Shown in pieces: positions 34,536 through 45,524 of a stretch of DNA of 64,000 nucleotides (within the stretch, counting starts at the first letter, position 1; each line of letters starts with the position of its first letter). The translations under genes were made by a program, and so were the position numbers. Origin of the DNA: an uncultured Planctomycetota bacterium (GTDB lineage: Bacteria; Planctomycetota; Planctomycetia; Isosphaerales; Isosphaeraceae). The stretch is from contig CAWJTV010000033.1 of assembly GCA_963845755.1 (NCBI GenBank), forward strand, positions 320,001 to 384,000. The letters run 5' to 3'. The notes beneath the pieces were generated by a model. It searched no databases and was not told where the DNA came from. It was given only the letters and a program-made list of their open reading frames with translations.

Positions 34536-36780
34536 ATGGCGGGCTCAGACGAGAGGAGATACCGTCCGGTCAAGACGCCGACCGTCCTGCAGATGGAAGC
34601 GGCCGAGTGCGGCGCCGCCGCGCTGGGGATCATCCTCGAATATCATGGACGGTATGTCTCCCTGGACGTGTTGCGCGAGGAGTGCGGCGTCTCTCGGGAC
34701 GGCACGAACGCGTTCTACGTCAAGGAGGCGGCCAAGCGGCACGGGCTGGAGGTCAAGGCGTTCCGCAAGCCGGCCGAAGGGCTGACCACGCGTCGGACGC
34801 CGTTCATCGTCTTCTGGGAGTCGAATCATTTCCTCGTCGTTGAGGGATTCGGCCGGCGGAAGGTCTACTTGAACGACCCGGCGGTCGGCCGCAGGACGGT
34901 CAGCCTGGAGGAGTTCCGGCAGAGTTACACCGGGATCGCGTTCACGTTCGAGCCGGGGCCGCGGTTCGTCAAGAAGGGAGGCCGGCCCAGCGCCCTGCTC
35001 GGCCGTGGTCCGGCGGCTCTCCCGGTTCCGCGCCGCGATGGCCTTCGTGATCCTCGCCGGGCTCGCCCTGGTGATCCCCAACCTCGGCGCGGCCGCGTTC
35101 CAGCAGTTCTTCCTCGATAGCATCCTCATCGAGGGACACCGCGACTGGCTCCGGCCGCTGCTCCTGGCCATCGCGGCGATGGCCGTGATGCGGCTGGCGG
35201 CGTCGGGGCTCCAGCAGGTCTACTTGATGCGGCTGGAGATCCGGCTGATGCTGGCCGAGTCGCTGGGTTTCATGCGACACGCGCTCCGGCTCCCGGTGGC
35301 CTTCTTCCAGCGCCGATTCACCGGCGACATCGTCAGTCGCGCCCATCAGACGGCGCGCGTGGCGGAGCTGATCTCCGGCGAGCTGGCAACCACGGCCGTC
35401 AGCCTGTTGACCCTGGTGGTGTACGTCGCCGTGATGCTCCCCTACGACCCGCCGCTCACGGCCGTCGGCGTCGCGATCAGCAGCCTGAACCTGGTGGCAC
35501 TCCGACTGGTCAGCCGGTGGCGGGTCGACCGGAACCGGACGATCGAGCAGCTCCGGGGCCGGCTGATGGCGGGCGTGATGTGGGCCATCCAGATCATCGA
35601 GAGCATCAAGGCGACCGGCTCGGAGTCGGACCTGCTCGTCCGGTGGACCGGCGATCAGGCCCGGATGATCAACGCGGAGCAGGAGCTGGGCGCTTGCGAC
35701 GCGATCCTGGTCGCATTGCCACCGCTCCTGGCCGGCGTGACGACCATCCTGGTCCTCGGCTTCGGCGGCTACCAGGTCATGACCGGGACCTTGACCATCG
35801 GCGCCTGGTGGCGTTCCAATCGTTGCTCACGGGCTTCAACCAGCCGTTCGGCGACATGGCTCGATTGAGCACCGACGTCCAGGAGTTGCACGCCGATCTC
35901 GATCGAATCGATGATGTCCGCAACCGGCCGATGGACCCGATCTTCCGCCCCACGACGATCGGGCCGGCCGGCGGGGCCGGCGAGTTGCGCCGGCTCAGCG
36001 GGCACATCGAGTTTCGCCGGGTCTCGTTCGGTTACAACCGAGCGGACGATCAGCCCCTGATCAAGGAGTTCTCGCTCGTCGCTCGACCGGGCCAGCGCAT
36101 CGCCCTGGTCGGGAGCTCGGGGAGCGGGAAATCCACCGTCGGCCGGCTGCTGGCAGGACTCTTCCAGCCGTGGAGCGGCGAGATCCTCTTTGACGGTAGG
36201 CCCATGGCGGAGATCCCCCGTGAGGTCTTCGTCAGCTCGGTGGCCCTGGTCGACGCGGAGGTCTGCCTGTTCGAGGGGACGGTCCGGGAGAATCTTGAGC
36301 CTCTGGGACGAGCTGATCCCGACGGACCGCCTGGTCCAGGCGTCGGTGGATGCGGCGATCCACCGCGACCTCCTGTTGCGGCGAGGGGGCTACAGCGCGG
36401 TCGTGGCCGAGCAGGCGCGGAACTTCTCCGGCGGCCAGCGCCAGCGGCTCCAGATCGCGCGCGCCCTGGCGCGCGATCCCAGCCTGGTGATCCTCGACGA
36501 GGCCTCCAGCGCGCTGGACCCGAAGACCGAGCGGGTCGTCAACGACAACCTGCGGCGCCGGGGCTGCACTTGCTTGATCATCGCCCACCGGCTGACCACG
36601 ATCCGCGACTGCGACGAGATCATCGTCCTGAGCGGCGGCCACGTCGTCCAGCGCGGGACCCACGACGAGCTGATCGCCGACCTCCAGGGCGAGTATGCCC
36701 GGCTGGTCTCGCACCAGGTCCTGCCGGGCCGGCGGTCGGCCGGCCGGGCCCAGTCGCGGAACCGCACGGAAGTCGCCGAC
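34536..36780 (+). CDS. NHLM-type peptidase-containing ABC transporter (C39-TMD-ATPase); no stop seen before the next module
   Basis: [16 protein letters not shown] (C39 Cys), [42 protein letters not shown]. Confidence 0.92.
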
Positions 36781-36789
36781 CCAGGCGTT

Positions 36790-39700
36790 GACGGCGCTTC
36801 GGGGTCAGGCCGAACGGGTCGCCGACGACCGAGTCGGCGCCCGACCTGCCAACGGCGTTCTCCCCATTCGAGGCAGAACGTGATCCACCCCGATTTCTCG
36901 TCGAGGAACTCCTGCCCTACAGCCGGCGGGAGCGGACCGCCGCCAACCGCCCGCTGCCGCTCGATGATGCCGAGGCGGTCTGGCTCGTGGACGCCGGCGG
37001 GGTCGACGTGTTTTTCATGCAGCTCGAGCCGGGCGCGATCGAGGGCCGGCGTCGGCACCTCTGCCGCGTCGAGGAGGGGGGCTCGATCTTCGCGATCAGC
37101 GGGGTGCGGGGACGATCGGGAGGGGGCCTGCTGGCCGTGGGGGCCGGACCGGCGGAGCTGCTGAAGTTCTCGCGCGGAGATCTGATCCGGTTGAGCTTCG
37201 AGGAGGGACTCTCCGAGCAGGTCGCCGTGCTGATCGACGACTGGCTGCTCCGCGTCGGCCTGGCGCTCCACCGGGCCGTCGCGCCCCGGCTCAGCAAGGA
37301 GCTTCCTCGGAAGGTGACCGCCGCGTTCGAGCCGGGTACGCGGTACGGCGTGCGCGCGGGGGTCGCCTGGGTGCGCCACCGCTGCGGCTCCTCGTCGTTG
37401 CTCGACCAGGTGCCGCTCCCGACCACCGAGCTCCAGGCGCGGTTCCCGGTGACCGAGCACCTCTGGCTCATGGCAGAGACGGCCTGCCAGGTCACCGTCT
37501 GTGGCACGACCGACATGATCCAGTCGGGTGACCCGTGGGCGGGACTCGACGACTTCCACCGGACGGCCCTGGACTTCCTGACCGAGATCCACGAGCAGGA
37601 GGAACGCGGCCGATGGATGGAGATCCGACGGTCGCTGGCCCATGAGGCGGCCCTCATCGATTCGGTCTCCACGCAGTTGGCCGCGGCGGCCGGCGCGGCC
37701 GAGGTGGCAACGGCCATCCCGGGCGACGGCGAGGCGTTGTCGTCCTCATGCCGCGCCGTATGCCTTGCCATGGGGATCGCAGGTGCGCGATGCCGCCGCC
37801 GGCCGGGGATCCGGGCCCCGAAGCCCCCTGCGATCCCCTGGGCGACCTGGCCCGTTCCTCCGGCTTTCACGTGCGGCCGGTCACGCCTGCCGGAGGACTG
37901 GTGGCGTCGCGCAGGAGAGCCATTGCTCGGCCAGCTCAACGACGACGGCCGGCCTCCCGTGGCCTTGCTGCCGGCGAATCGGTCCACAGCCCCGCGTGGT
38001 GTGACTTATGAACTGCTCGATCACGAAGGCCGCAGACATCCCGTCGAGGATCGACTTGCCGGCCGGGTCGCGCCCACGGCCTGGGCGTTCTATCGTCCGC
38101 TCCCGGACGCACCTCTCGGGTTCCGCGACCTCCTCCGGTTCTGCCGCGGCCTCAGGGGGCTGGCGCGCGAGCTGAGGACCATCGCGATCGTGGCGTTCTT
38201 CGGCGCCCTGCTCGGGCTGGCGATCCCGATCGCTTCGGGCATCGTCGTCGACCGGGTCATCCCCGAGGCCGACCAGTCTCGGCTCGCCATGACTGTGCGG
38301 CTTCCTCGGCGTACTCGCGATCTCGGCGGCGGTCTTCCAGGCGATCCAGGGGTTCCTGGTCATGCGGATCGAGGGGCGGGTCTCGGCCACGCTGATCCCG
38401 GCGATCTGGGAGCGACTCCTCCGCCTGCCCAGCCGATTCTTCGCCGGCGTACTCCTCGGGCGACCTGGCCCTGCGAGCGATGGGTCTCGAGCGAGGTCTT
38501 TCAGCGGGCCTCGGGAGCGGTGGTCACCAGCATCGTGACCGGTCTCTTCTCGCTGTTCAACCTGGGCCTGCTCTTCGCCTACAGTTGGAAGCTGGCCCTC
38601 GCCACCAGCCTGCTCGTGGCGATCATGCTCCTGGTCACCGTGTTGCTGCTGGCCGGCCGCCTTCGCCACGAGGTGTCGATCCGCCGGCTCGACGGGGCCC
38701 TCTCCGGCCTGCTCCTGGAATTCTTCGGTGGGATCATCGCGCTGCGCAGCTGCCGGTGCCGAGGGCCGCGCCCTGGCGCGCTGGGCCCGCCGCTACGGCG
38801 ATCGGCTCGCGGCGGCGATCCATTCTCGGAGGTTCACCAATGTCATTCGACAGTGGCTGGCGGTCTATCCGATCCTGACGGCGATCGTGGTCTACACCGG
38901 CGCCGTGCACGTCGACCCCGATCTGATGAAGGCGGGGAGTTTCCTGGCGTTCAACATGGCCTTCGCAAACCTGGTCGCGGCCGTGCTGGCGGGCTGCTAC
39001 ACCGCGATCGGCCTGCTCGACCTGCTGCCGATGTGCACGCGGATCCGGCCGATCCTGGAGGAGAGCCCCGAGTTCCCGGCGGCGGTGATCGAACCGGTGC
39101 GGCTCGCCGGAGCCCTGGCCCTGAATCGGGTCTCGTTCCGATATCCGGGGCAGGACCAGGAGACGAAGGTCGTCGAAGCGGTGGACATCCAGGTCGCGGC
39201 CGGGCGAGTTCGTGGCGATCGTCGGCCCCTCGGGTTCGGGGAAATCGACGCTTGATGCGGCTCCTGCTCGGATTCGAGGTCCCCGACTCGGGCACGGTCA
39301 CCTATCGACGGCCGCGAGCTGGCCACGCTCGACCTGCGGGAAGTCCGGCGTCAGATCGGCGTGGTGCTCCAGCATGCCCAGCTCATGCCGAGCGACATCT
39401 ACAGCAACATCGTCGGGTTCGCCCCGTCCCTGGGCCTCGACGACGCCTGGCACGCCGCCCGGCTGGCGGGCCTCGAGGACGACATCCGCGCGATGCCCAT
39501 GGGCATGCACACCCTGGTCGGCGAGGGCGGCGGCAACCTCTCCAGCGGCCAGCGCCAGCGGCTCTTGATCGCCCGGGCGATCGTGCGCCGGCCCCGGATC
39601 CTCCTGCTCGACGAGGCGACCAGCGCGCTCGACAACGTTACCCAGAGCATCGTCAGCGACAGCCTCACCCATCAACTCAAGGGCATCACCCGGGTCGTGA

Positions 39701-39843
39701 TCGCCCATCGCCTCGACGGGATCGTCAAGGCCGATCGCATCTACGTCCTCAGGGATGGACGGATCGTCCAGTCGGGTAGCTATGATCAGCTCCTGGCCGA
39801 GCCCGGCCCGTTCCGCGACCTGGCCCGCCGCCAGATGCTCTGA
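36790..39843 (+). CDS. NHLM-type ABC transporter second module (cNMP-like N-terminus, TMD, ATPase), frameshifted
   Basis: PLPLDD...[36 protein letters not shown] and LDEATSALD. Confidence 0.9.
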
Positions 39844-39855
39844 GCGATCGTGCGA

Positions 39856-40710
39856 TCACGTCGTGTGATGGCGCCGGGGCACGACCTTGATCGCGAACAG
39901 CCGGCTGACGCGACTCAGATTTCCGGCGTCGTCATAGGCGCGGATCCGGAATTGATAAACGCCCGGACTCAGCGCGGGATTGATGGTGACCTTGTATCGG
40001 CCGTTCCTGCGCACGTTCGTCAATCCCACGACCTCGCCGCCGGGCGTGATCACCTGGATGTAGGTGTGGAAGTGATACGTGCCGACCAGAGTCGGATGCT
40101 TGAGCGGCGTCCTGATGTGATTGGTATTCGCCTGGACTCCCTGATTGACCGCGATCTTCGGCAGGATGGGAGGAGGCATCGGCCTGCCGATGGAGAGGGC
40201 AGTCTGGAGCACCAGGGCATAATCGTTGCTCGCCAGGAAGACCGGCTGGGGGCTGTTGGTGTCGATCTGAGTGACCAACTGGTTCATGGTCGTTTTCAGG
40301 CTATCGATGACGGAGGGAGACGCCGAGGCCGCATGCAGGACGGCGCCGAAGCTGTAGTTCAGGACCGCCGCGCCCGCGGGCGTGAGCGATTGATGCGGGA
40401 CGATCTGCCGCAGCTCGTAGTTGTAATTATCGAGAGCTTTCGGATCCGGCCTATGAAGTTGAGAGATCACCTCCAGGAGATCGCCCTGGATCTCCCGGAG
40501 CTCCTCCTTGGGAAGGAATCGGCCCGGCAGGATTTTTTCGAGATAGAACGGGAGATGCTCGACCCGGAGTTCCTTCTGCTCGAAGGTCACGGGGATATTG
40601 AGGTTGGAGGTGACCTGAAACCCGAACAGATTGCCGAGATTGGGCGTGGAGGCCAGCAGGGCGCGAGTTTCCAATCCCTCGGAGTCAGGGACATACCGAC
40701 GGCGGTCCAT
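39856..40710 (-). CDS. Planctomycete extracellular protein with C-terminal Ig-like domain
   Basis: N-terminal RRR...EGLETRALLA motif; PTLVGT...GVYQFRIRAYDDAGNLS. Confidence 0.8.
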   Translation of the reverse strand: MDRRRYVPDSEGLETRALLASTPNLGNLFGFQVTSNLNIPVTFEQKELRVEHLPFYLEKILPGRFLPKEELREIQGDLLEVISQLHRPDPKALDNYNYELRQIVPHQSLTPAGAAVLNYSFGAVLHAASASPSVIDSLKTTMNQLVTQIDTNSPQPVFLASNDYALVLQTALSIGRPMPPPILPKIAVNQGVQANTNHIRTPLKHPTLVGTYHFHTYIQVITPGGEVVGLTNVRRNGRYKVTINPALSPGVYQFRIRAYDDAGNLSRVSRLFAIKVVPRRHHTT

Positions 40711-40967
40711 CGCGCGGATCTCCTTGAGAAGGGACACCCCGGCCAGGCGGATCGGGTTCGGATGAGGGACGGGCGGTACCGCGAAGGGTTCGGCCCCGGG
40801 ACGTCGCGGAAGCGGTCTCGGGCTGTGCCCGATCCGACTGCCGATATCCCTTGCACCGACCCGGGGTTGCGATCCGGGCTCCGGCCCGCGATCGCCAACG
40901 GAGACATGTCGAATGGCGCTCCCGTCCCTGGGAGCGGTGTGTTCTTACCACAATCCGAAGGGCCTGC

Positions 40968-41659
40968 CTAGAGCGGCTCACGTTTGGGTTGCGCGGGTCC
41001 GGAGTCCTCGTGGAGCAGGCTGGCTCCGGTGCTCGCGGAGCACCCTACGGAGAGCGCACGAGCCTTACCCGGCCGAGGGGGGATCGGGGCGCGAAGGCGG
41101 TTGCGCCGCGCCTCCAGGACCAGCCGGAGATAAGACCGAGGCTCGACTTCCGTCAGGTCGAACCGATCGGCGACGCCCAGCACGGCGGCTTGCGCCGCCG
41201 GGAACTCCGATTCCGAACCCGCGATGACCTCGATCTCGGCAAAGTCGCCCAGCCCGTCCACGCGGTCGAGCAAGACCTCGATCGAGTAGGGCGGATCGGA
41301 CAGGTGGAACGTCGACCGTGTCTTGTGGACGGCGGCGACAGGCCGGAATCCTAGCTTCTCGAAAAGCTCGGTGAGCTGCAGGAACGCCTCCTCGCCCTCG
41401 GCGATCGGGATTTCGATCTCCTCCCGGGTCTTGGTCGGGCCGCCGTAGCGAGGGCCTTTGTACGTGATCCGGTTCTCCGCGCCGATCCGACGCAGCCGCA
41501 GGGCCTCGCCCGTCTGGGCAAAGTCGCGGGACGGGTGGGTCAGGTAGGTGTCAACCTGGACGACCCGCGGCTCCTCGACGGCGCCGCACTCCTCGAGCCG
41601 CCGCCGGAGCAGCATCGTGCTCGCGCCGAGCGGAATTTGACCTCGACTTCGTAACTCAT
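40968..41659 (-). CDS. cyaB: Class IV adenylate cyclase / CYTH protein (frameshift near start)
   Basis: MSYEVEVKF (ExExK), QVDTYL.HP.RDF...EALRLR, TYKGP, LDRVDGLGDFAEIE and RSYL. Confidence 0.9.
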
Positions 41660-41690
41660 GAATCCAGCGTAGACTTCTGGCCAGATGGGG

Positions 41691-42356
41691 TCAACCGACG
41701 TGTCGGCACGGTTTTTCCGCCCGAGCGCGGGCGCAAGCCGCCATGATCACCAGACCGATCGATCCCAGGACGAAGCCCGACGGTTCGGGCACGTAACCCA
41801 GGGGTAGGAAGTCGTAGGTCACCGTCAAGTCCGCCCCGGCATCTGAGGGACCGAAGGCCTCGAACGAATCCGGGAGTCCGCCAATATAACCGGCGAAAAA
41901 CGCGGTACTGGAACCGCCGCCGGGCGAAGCCTCGAAGTCAACGAGTCCGGAATTGTAGGTTAGGGAGGAACCGGCGGAGGCCTGTAAGAAGTAAATATCG
42001 CCGGGAGCGACCGAATACGTCCCGGTTGCCGAACCGCTTCCGAGGTCACCGATCCCGTCGGCGGAAATCCCCAGCCACGCGCTCCATGTGCCGACCTGCT
42101 GGCTCTGGGAATCATTCAGGAACTCTTGACCGCCGCCGATGTCCGCAGAGATATCGACCCGAGTCAGGGTGCCGAGGCCCTGGGGGAAGAGCGGAAGCAA
42201 TCCATAATCATGCGAACCGGTGCTAGCCGTATACGTGACCGAACCGGCTTCCGCCCGAGTCGTCCATGCCATAGCGGGCGCCGAAAGGGCCACGAGCACG
42301 CCAACACGCCGGGCCAGGCTCCATGCGATCGAGGGGAATCTGCTGTGGGACGACAA
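41691..42356 (-). CDS. PEP-CTERM sorting domain protein
   Basis: Signal peptide; C-terminal VPEPS + hydrophobic helix + basic tail. Confidence 0.88.
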   Translation of the reverse strand: MSSHSRFPSIAWSLARRVGVLVALSAPAMAWTTRAEAGSVTYTASTGSHDYGLLPLFPQGLGTLTRVDISADIGGGQEFLNDSQSQQVGTWSAWLGISADGIGDLGSGSATGTYSVAPGDIYFLQASAGSSLTYNSGLVDFEASPGGGSSTAFFAGYIGGLPDSFEAFGPSDAGADLTVTYDFLPLGYVPEPSGFVLGSIGLVIMAACARARAEKPCRHVG

Positions 42357-42820
42357 GATCAGTTCCTTTCAGGCTGATGCGAGATCGGGAAGGTCTCGTA
42401 GATGCGGCCATCGAGATTGAATCACTTGCTGCACCCTGGCCTCAGGGCACTACGGTCGTCCGTCCATCGATTCAACCATATACAACACATCTCGATTCCA
42501 ATGTCAACGAGTCCGCATAGTACGTTGTCAATTAGCATCATTATCTTCATTACTAGGCAGAATCATGATGCGATCGGAAACTTTTCGCCGATTCGTTCAC
42601 GACGATGGCGTCTCAATTACGCTGTCGATCGTCTACGTATGCTAAGGCGATCAGGATCATCTGGAGACCGCGTTGTTCTATCGTGATTTCTCATCGGTTT
42701 GGAGTCTCTGCGGTGAGAAATGGCAGGTACTCAACGGCCGGCGGTTCTCTCGTTGACGGCGAGACGGCGCGGCCCAATCGCGAAAAGCCGAAGCACTTCT
42801 AGACGGTGCAGTTCGCGCCG

Positions 42821-42859
42821 TTGAATAAGTTAATATATTAATAATTAATATAAATACTT
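42821..42859. promoter_or_regulatory. Very AT-rich tract with 12-bp palindrome TTAATATATTAA (42830-42841) between divergent genes
   Basis: Near-pure A/T run in GC-rich DNA, ~290 bp upstream of the pfk-like operon. Confidence 0.4.
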
Positions 42860-42894
42860 GAATCTCGAATCCGGAATCTCGAATCCGGAATCCC
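42860..42894. repeat. Heptamer tandem repeat (GAATCYN x5)
   Basis: GAATCTC GAATCCG GAATCTC GAATCCG GAATCCC; similar degenerate array near 25903-25937. Confidence 0.75.
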
Positions 42895-43124
42895 CGACTC
42901 TTCCACAAACTCCGAGAGCCTGGATCGGCTCCCAGGTCAGTCATGCACCGGGCTCGGGAGGCCCGCGCCGAGAGTGCCCGTGGGGAACACGGCTAGGCGA
43001 TATTCCAATAAGGAATGAAATTGCCGAACAATAACTATTTGGAATGCGTACGAGAGAGAAGTGACCTGGAAGACCTTAGATCGGCGTCGAACATCCATGA
43101 TACTGGGAAAAGGAGATCCTGACG

Positions 43125-44333
43125 GTGATCGGCGATAACCGTACTTCGATCGATATCGCGGAGCATTGCGTCTCCGTCTGCCCGTCGGCCGTCCTGCGCG
43201 TGGCCGTCCTGTTCAGCGGTGGCGAGGCGCCGGGAATGAACGCGCTGCTGCGTGCGATCGTGCGCGTGGGCATGAATCGATATGGAGGGGACGTGATCGG
43301 CGTGAAGGAGGGATTTGCCGGTCTGGTGCGGGCGGTCCGACGGGTCGAATTGGGGCACTGGAGCCTTGCAAGTCTCAGGGACGACATTGATACTCACGAT
43401 GGCTTGCGTGGCGTCGGGCGTGCGTCTCAGGAATTGGTCCGGCTGGACCGGGCCTCGGTGAGCGGGCTGCTGGGCCGCGGTGGCATCCTGCTCGGGGCGT
43501 CGCGGTGTCCCGAGTTCCATGAGCCGGTGGTCCGCCGGCAGGTGATCGATCTCTTGAGCTCCGTGGGGGTTCGTGGCGTGATCGTCTGCGGGGGAGATGG
43601 CTCGATGGCCGGCGCGGACCGGCTGGCCGAGGAGAGCGCGTTGCGGGTCATCGGCATCCCGGCGACGATCGAGAACGACCTGGCCGCGACCGAGCCGTCG
43701 CTGGGTTTCGACACGGCGGCGAACACGATCACCTGGGCGGTCAGCCGTTTCACGGACACCGAGGCCCAGCATCCCCGAATCCTGGTGCTCGAGGTGATCG
43801 GCCGCCACGGTGGCGACCTGGCGCGGCTGGCGGCGCTGGCCTCGGGAGCGGAGGTCGTCGTCACCCCGGAGCACGGTCCGCTCACCGAGGCCGGGATGGA
43901 GGAAATCGCCGTGCGACTGGGACGCGCGATGCACCGAGGCCGGCGACAGGCGATCGTGCTGGTGGCCGAAGGCGTCGCCCTGGACCCGTCGCTTGCCGGC
44001 CGCGACGAGACGACGCCAACGGTCTGGCTCGCCCATCAGCTCCAGGCGTTCTTGCGAGGGGAGGCGCGGGGATTCCCAGACCTGGAGGTCCGCCCCTGCA
44101 TGCTGGGCCATCTCCAGCGCGGGGGGGCGCCGTCGGTCGCCGACCGGATCCTGGCCGCCCGGTTTGCCGGCGCGGCCTGGAAGGCGATCGCCAGCCCCCG
44201 CGAACGGAGCGGCGTCCTGGGAGTGCGCGGCGGCGAGCTGTTGCTCCAGGACTTCGCGGTCCTGCCCGACCCCGAACGCACCGAGGCCGCCGAGCAGCTC
44301 GACCAGCTTCAGAAGGATGTGAGTCATTGGTGA
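43125..44333 (+). CDS. pfkA: 6-phosphofructokinase (PfkA) family protein, divergent active site
   Basis: SGGEAPGMN, GGDGS, PATIENDL, GFDTA, EVIGR and LGHLQRGG. Confidence 0.88.
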   Translation: MIGDNRTSIDIAEHCVSVCPSAVLRVAVLFSGGEAPGMNALLRAIVRVGMNRYGGDVIGVKEGFAGLVRAVRRVELGHWSLASLRDDIDTHDGLRGVGRASQELVRLDRASVSGLLGRGGILLGASRCPEFHEPVVRRQVIDLLSSVGVRGVIVCGGDGSMAGADRLAEESALRVIGIPATIENDLAATEPSLGFDTAANTITWAVSRFTDTEAQHPRILVLEVIGRHGGDLARLAALASGAEVVVTPEHGPLTEAGMEEIAVRLGRAMHRGRRQAIVLVAEGVALDPSLAGRDETTPTVWLAHQLQAFLRGEARGFPDLEVRPCMLGHLQRGGAPSVADRILAARFAGAAWKAIASPRERSGVLGVRGGELLLQDFAVLPDPERTEAAEQLDQLQKDVSHW

Positions 44334-44417
44334 GGTTGTCCGGTGTAGGGTGGGCGAAACCGCTCTACTAAACCCGGATACCGTTCTCGGACGGTTCCTT
44401 GATCCCGGGAGACTGAG

Positions 44418-45452
44418 ATGTCCGACAGCGAACGCATTCACGTCGAGGTCGCGGTCGCCCTCGTGGCGGACGCGAACCAGCGGGTGCTCTTGACCTTGAA
44501 TCCCGGCTGGGGGAGCTTCACGCTCCCCATGACCCGCCGGCGCCGGGGCCGGCAGGGGAACGAGCCGCCGTCGCGGGCGGCCCTCCGCGCCGCGGCCGAG
44601 ACGCTGGGGACTCCGGTTCGTTTGAACGAATCGCACCGCGGCCCCAAGCCACTCATGGCCCGGCTCGAATCGGGCCGGGAACTGGTGGACAAGATCTACG
44701 CCTTCCATGTATTCCACGTCGAGCCTCATCCCGATTTCGCCGACCGACTCCGGATCCCTCAATCGCACCTCTGGCTCTCCCCGCACCTGGTCCTGTCGGG
44801 AGTCTACGAGCCGGTCTCCGAATCGGCGCGATTCATCCTCCGCAACGCACTGGCCGATTTCGACATCCCTGCGCGCTCGCAGAATACCAGCGTCCTGATC
44901 GCGGAGCGCAACGACCCGGCGCGAGGCCGGCTGTTCCTCGTCCGATGGAACCCGAACTGGGGTTACGCCCTGCCATCGAAGCGCTGGGAGCCGCCCGACC
45001 CGGCGAAGGCCGATGACCCATCGGCCACCGCGATGGCCGGCGCCGAGCGCATTGCGCGGGACGAGCTGGGCCTGGAACCGGGCAAGGACGTGACGCTCAC
45101 TCCGGCGAAGTCTCCCGAATACGCAACCCACGGGGTCAGCGTCACCGAGTCGGCTCCCGCGTTCGGAGAAGCGACGGACTATCATCATCGTCTCTTCGAC
45201 GCCCAGCTCCACCATATCGAGAAGCTCCAGTCCACCCAGCCGCTAGCCTGGATCAGCGAGGAGGAGATCCACCACGGCTGGACGTCGGCGTCTCAGGGCG
45301 AACCGGGTTCCCCATCAGGACATGCCGCCCGGGTCTCCCGCACCACCTATGAGATCCTGATGCACCTGGGCCGGATCGGCGAGACCGTTGACCCGGAGCT
45401 CGAGGTCATGGAGAAGTACTGGCTCAACGAGTTCGGCGGTGGCGTGGGATGA
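44418..45452 (+). CDS. Tandem degenerate Nudix-fold protein
   Basis: Two similar units: RVLLTLNPGWGSFTLP...EPPSRAALRAAAETLG and LFLVRWNPNWGYALP...AMAGAERIARDELG. Confidence 0.65.
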   Translation: MSDSERIHVEVAVALVADANQRVLLTLNPGWGSFTLPMTRRRRGRQGNEPPSRAALRAAAETLGTPVRLNESHRGPKPLMARLESGRELVDKIYAFHVFHVEPHPDFADRLRIPQSHLWLSPHLVLSGVYEPVSESARFILRNALADFDIPARSQNTSVLIAERNDPARGRLFLVRWNPNWGYALPSKRWEPPDPAKADDPSATAMAGAERIARDELGLEPGKDVTLTPAKSPEYATHGVSVTESAPAFGEATDYHHRLFDAQLHHIEKLQSTQPLAWISEEEIHHGWTSASQGEPGSPSGHAARVSRTTYEILMHLGRIGETVDPELEVMEKYWLNEFGGGVG

Positions 45453-45524
45453 CGAGGACCCGGTGGGGATCGTCATGTGAGAGAGGGTGAAAGTGAGGGT
45501 TCTTCCCGCTGTCGGAGCGTGGCC

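Noticed and set aside
40968..41659. cyaB as the signal generator of the adjacent conflict island
   Set aside because: Ordinary stand-alone CYTH gene, separated by a PEP-CTERM gene and transcribed away from the island; no linking evidence.
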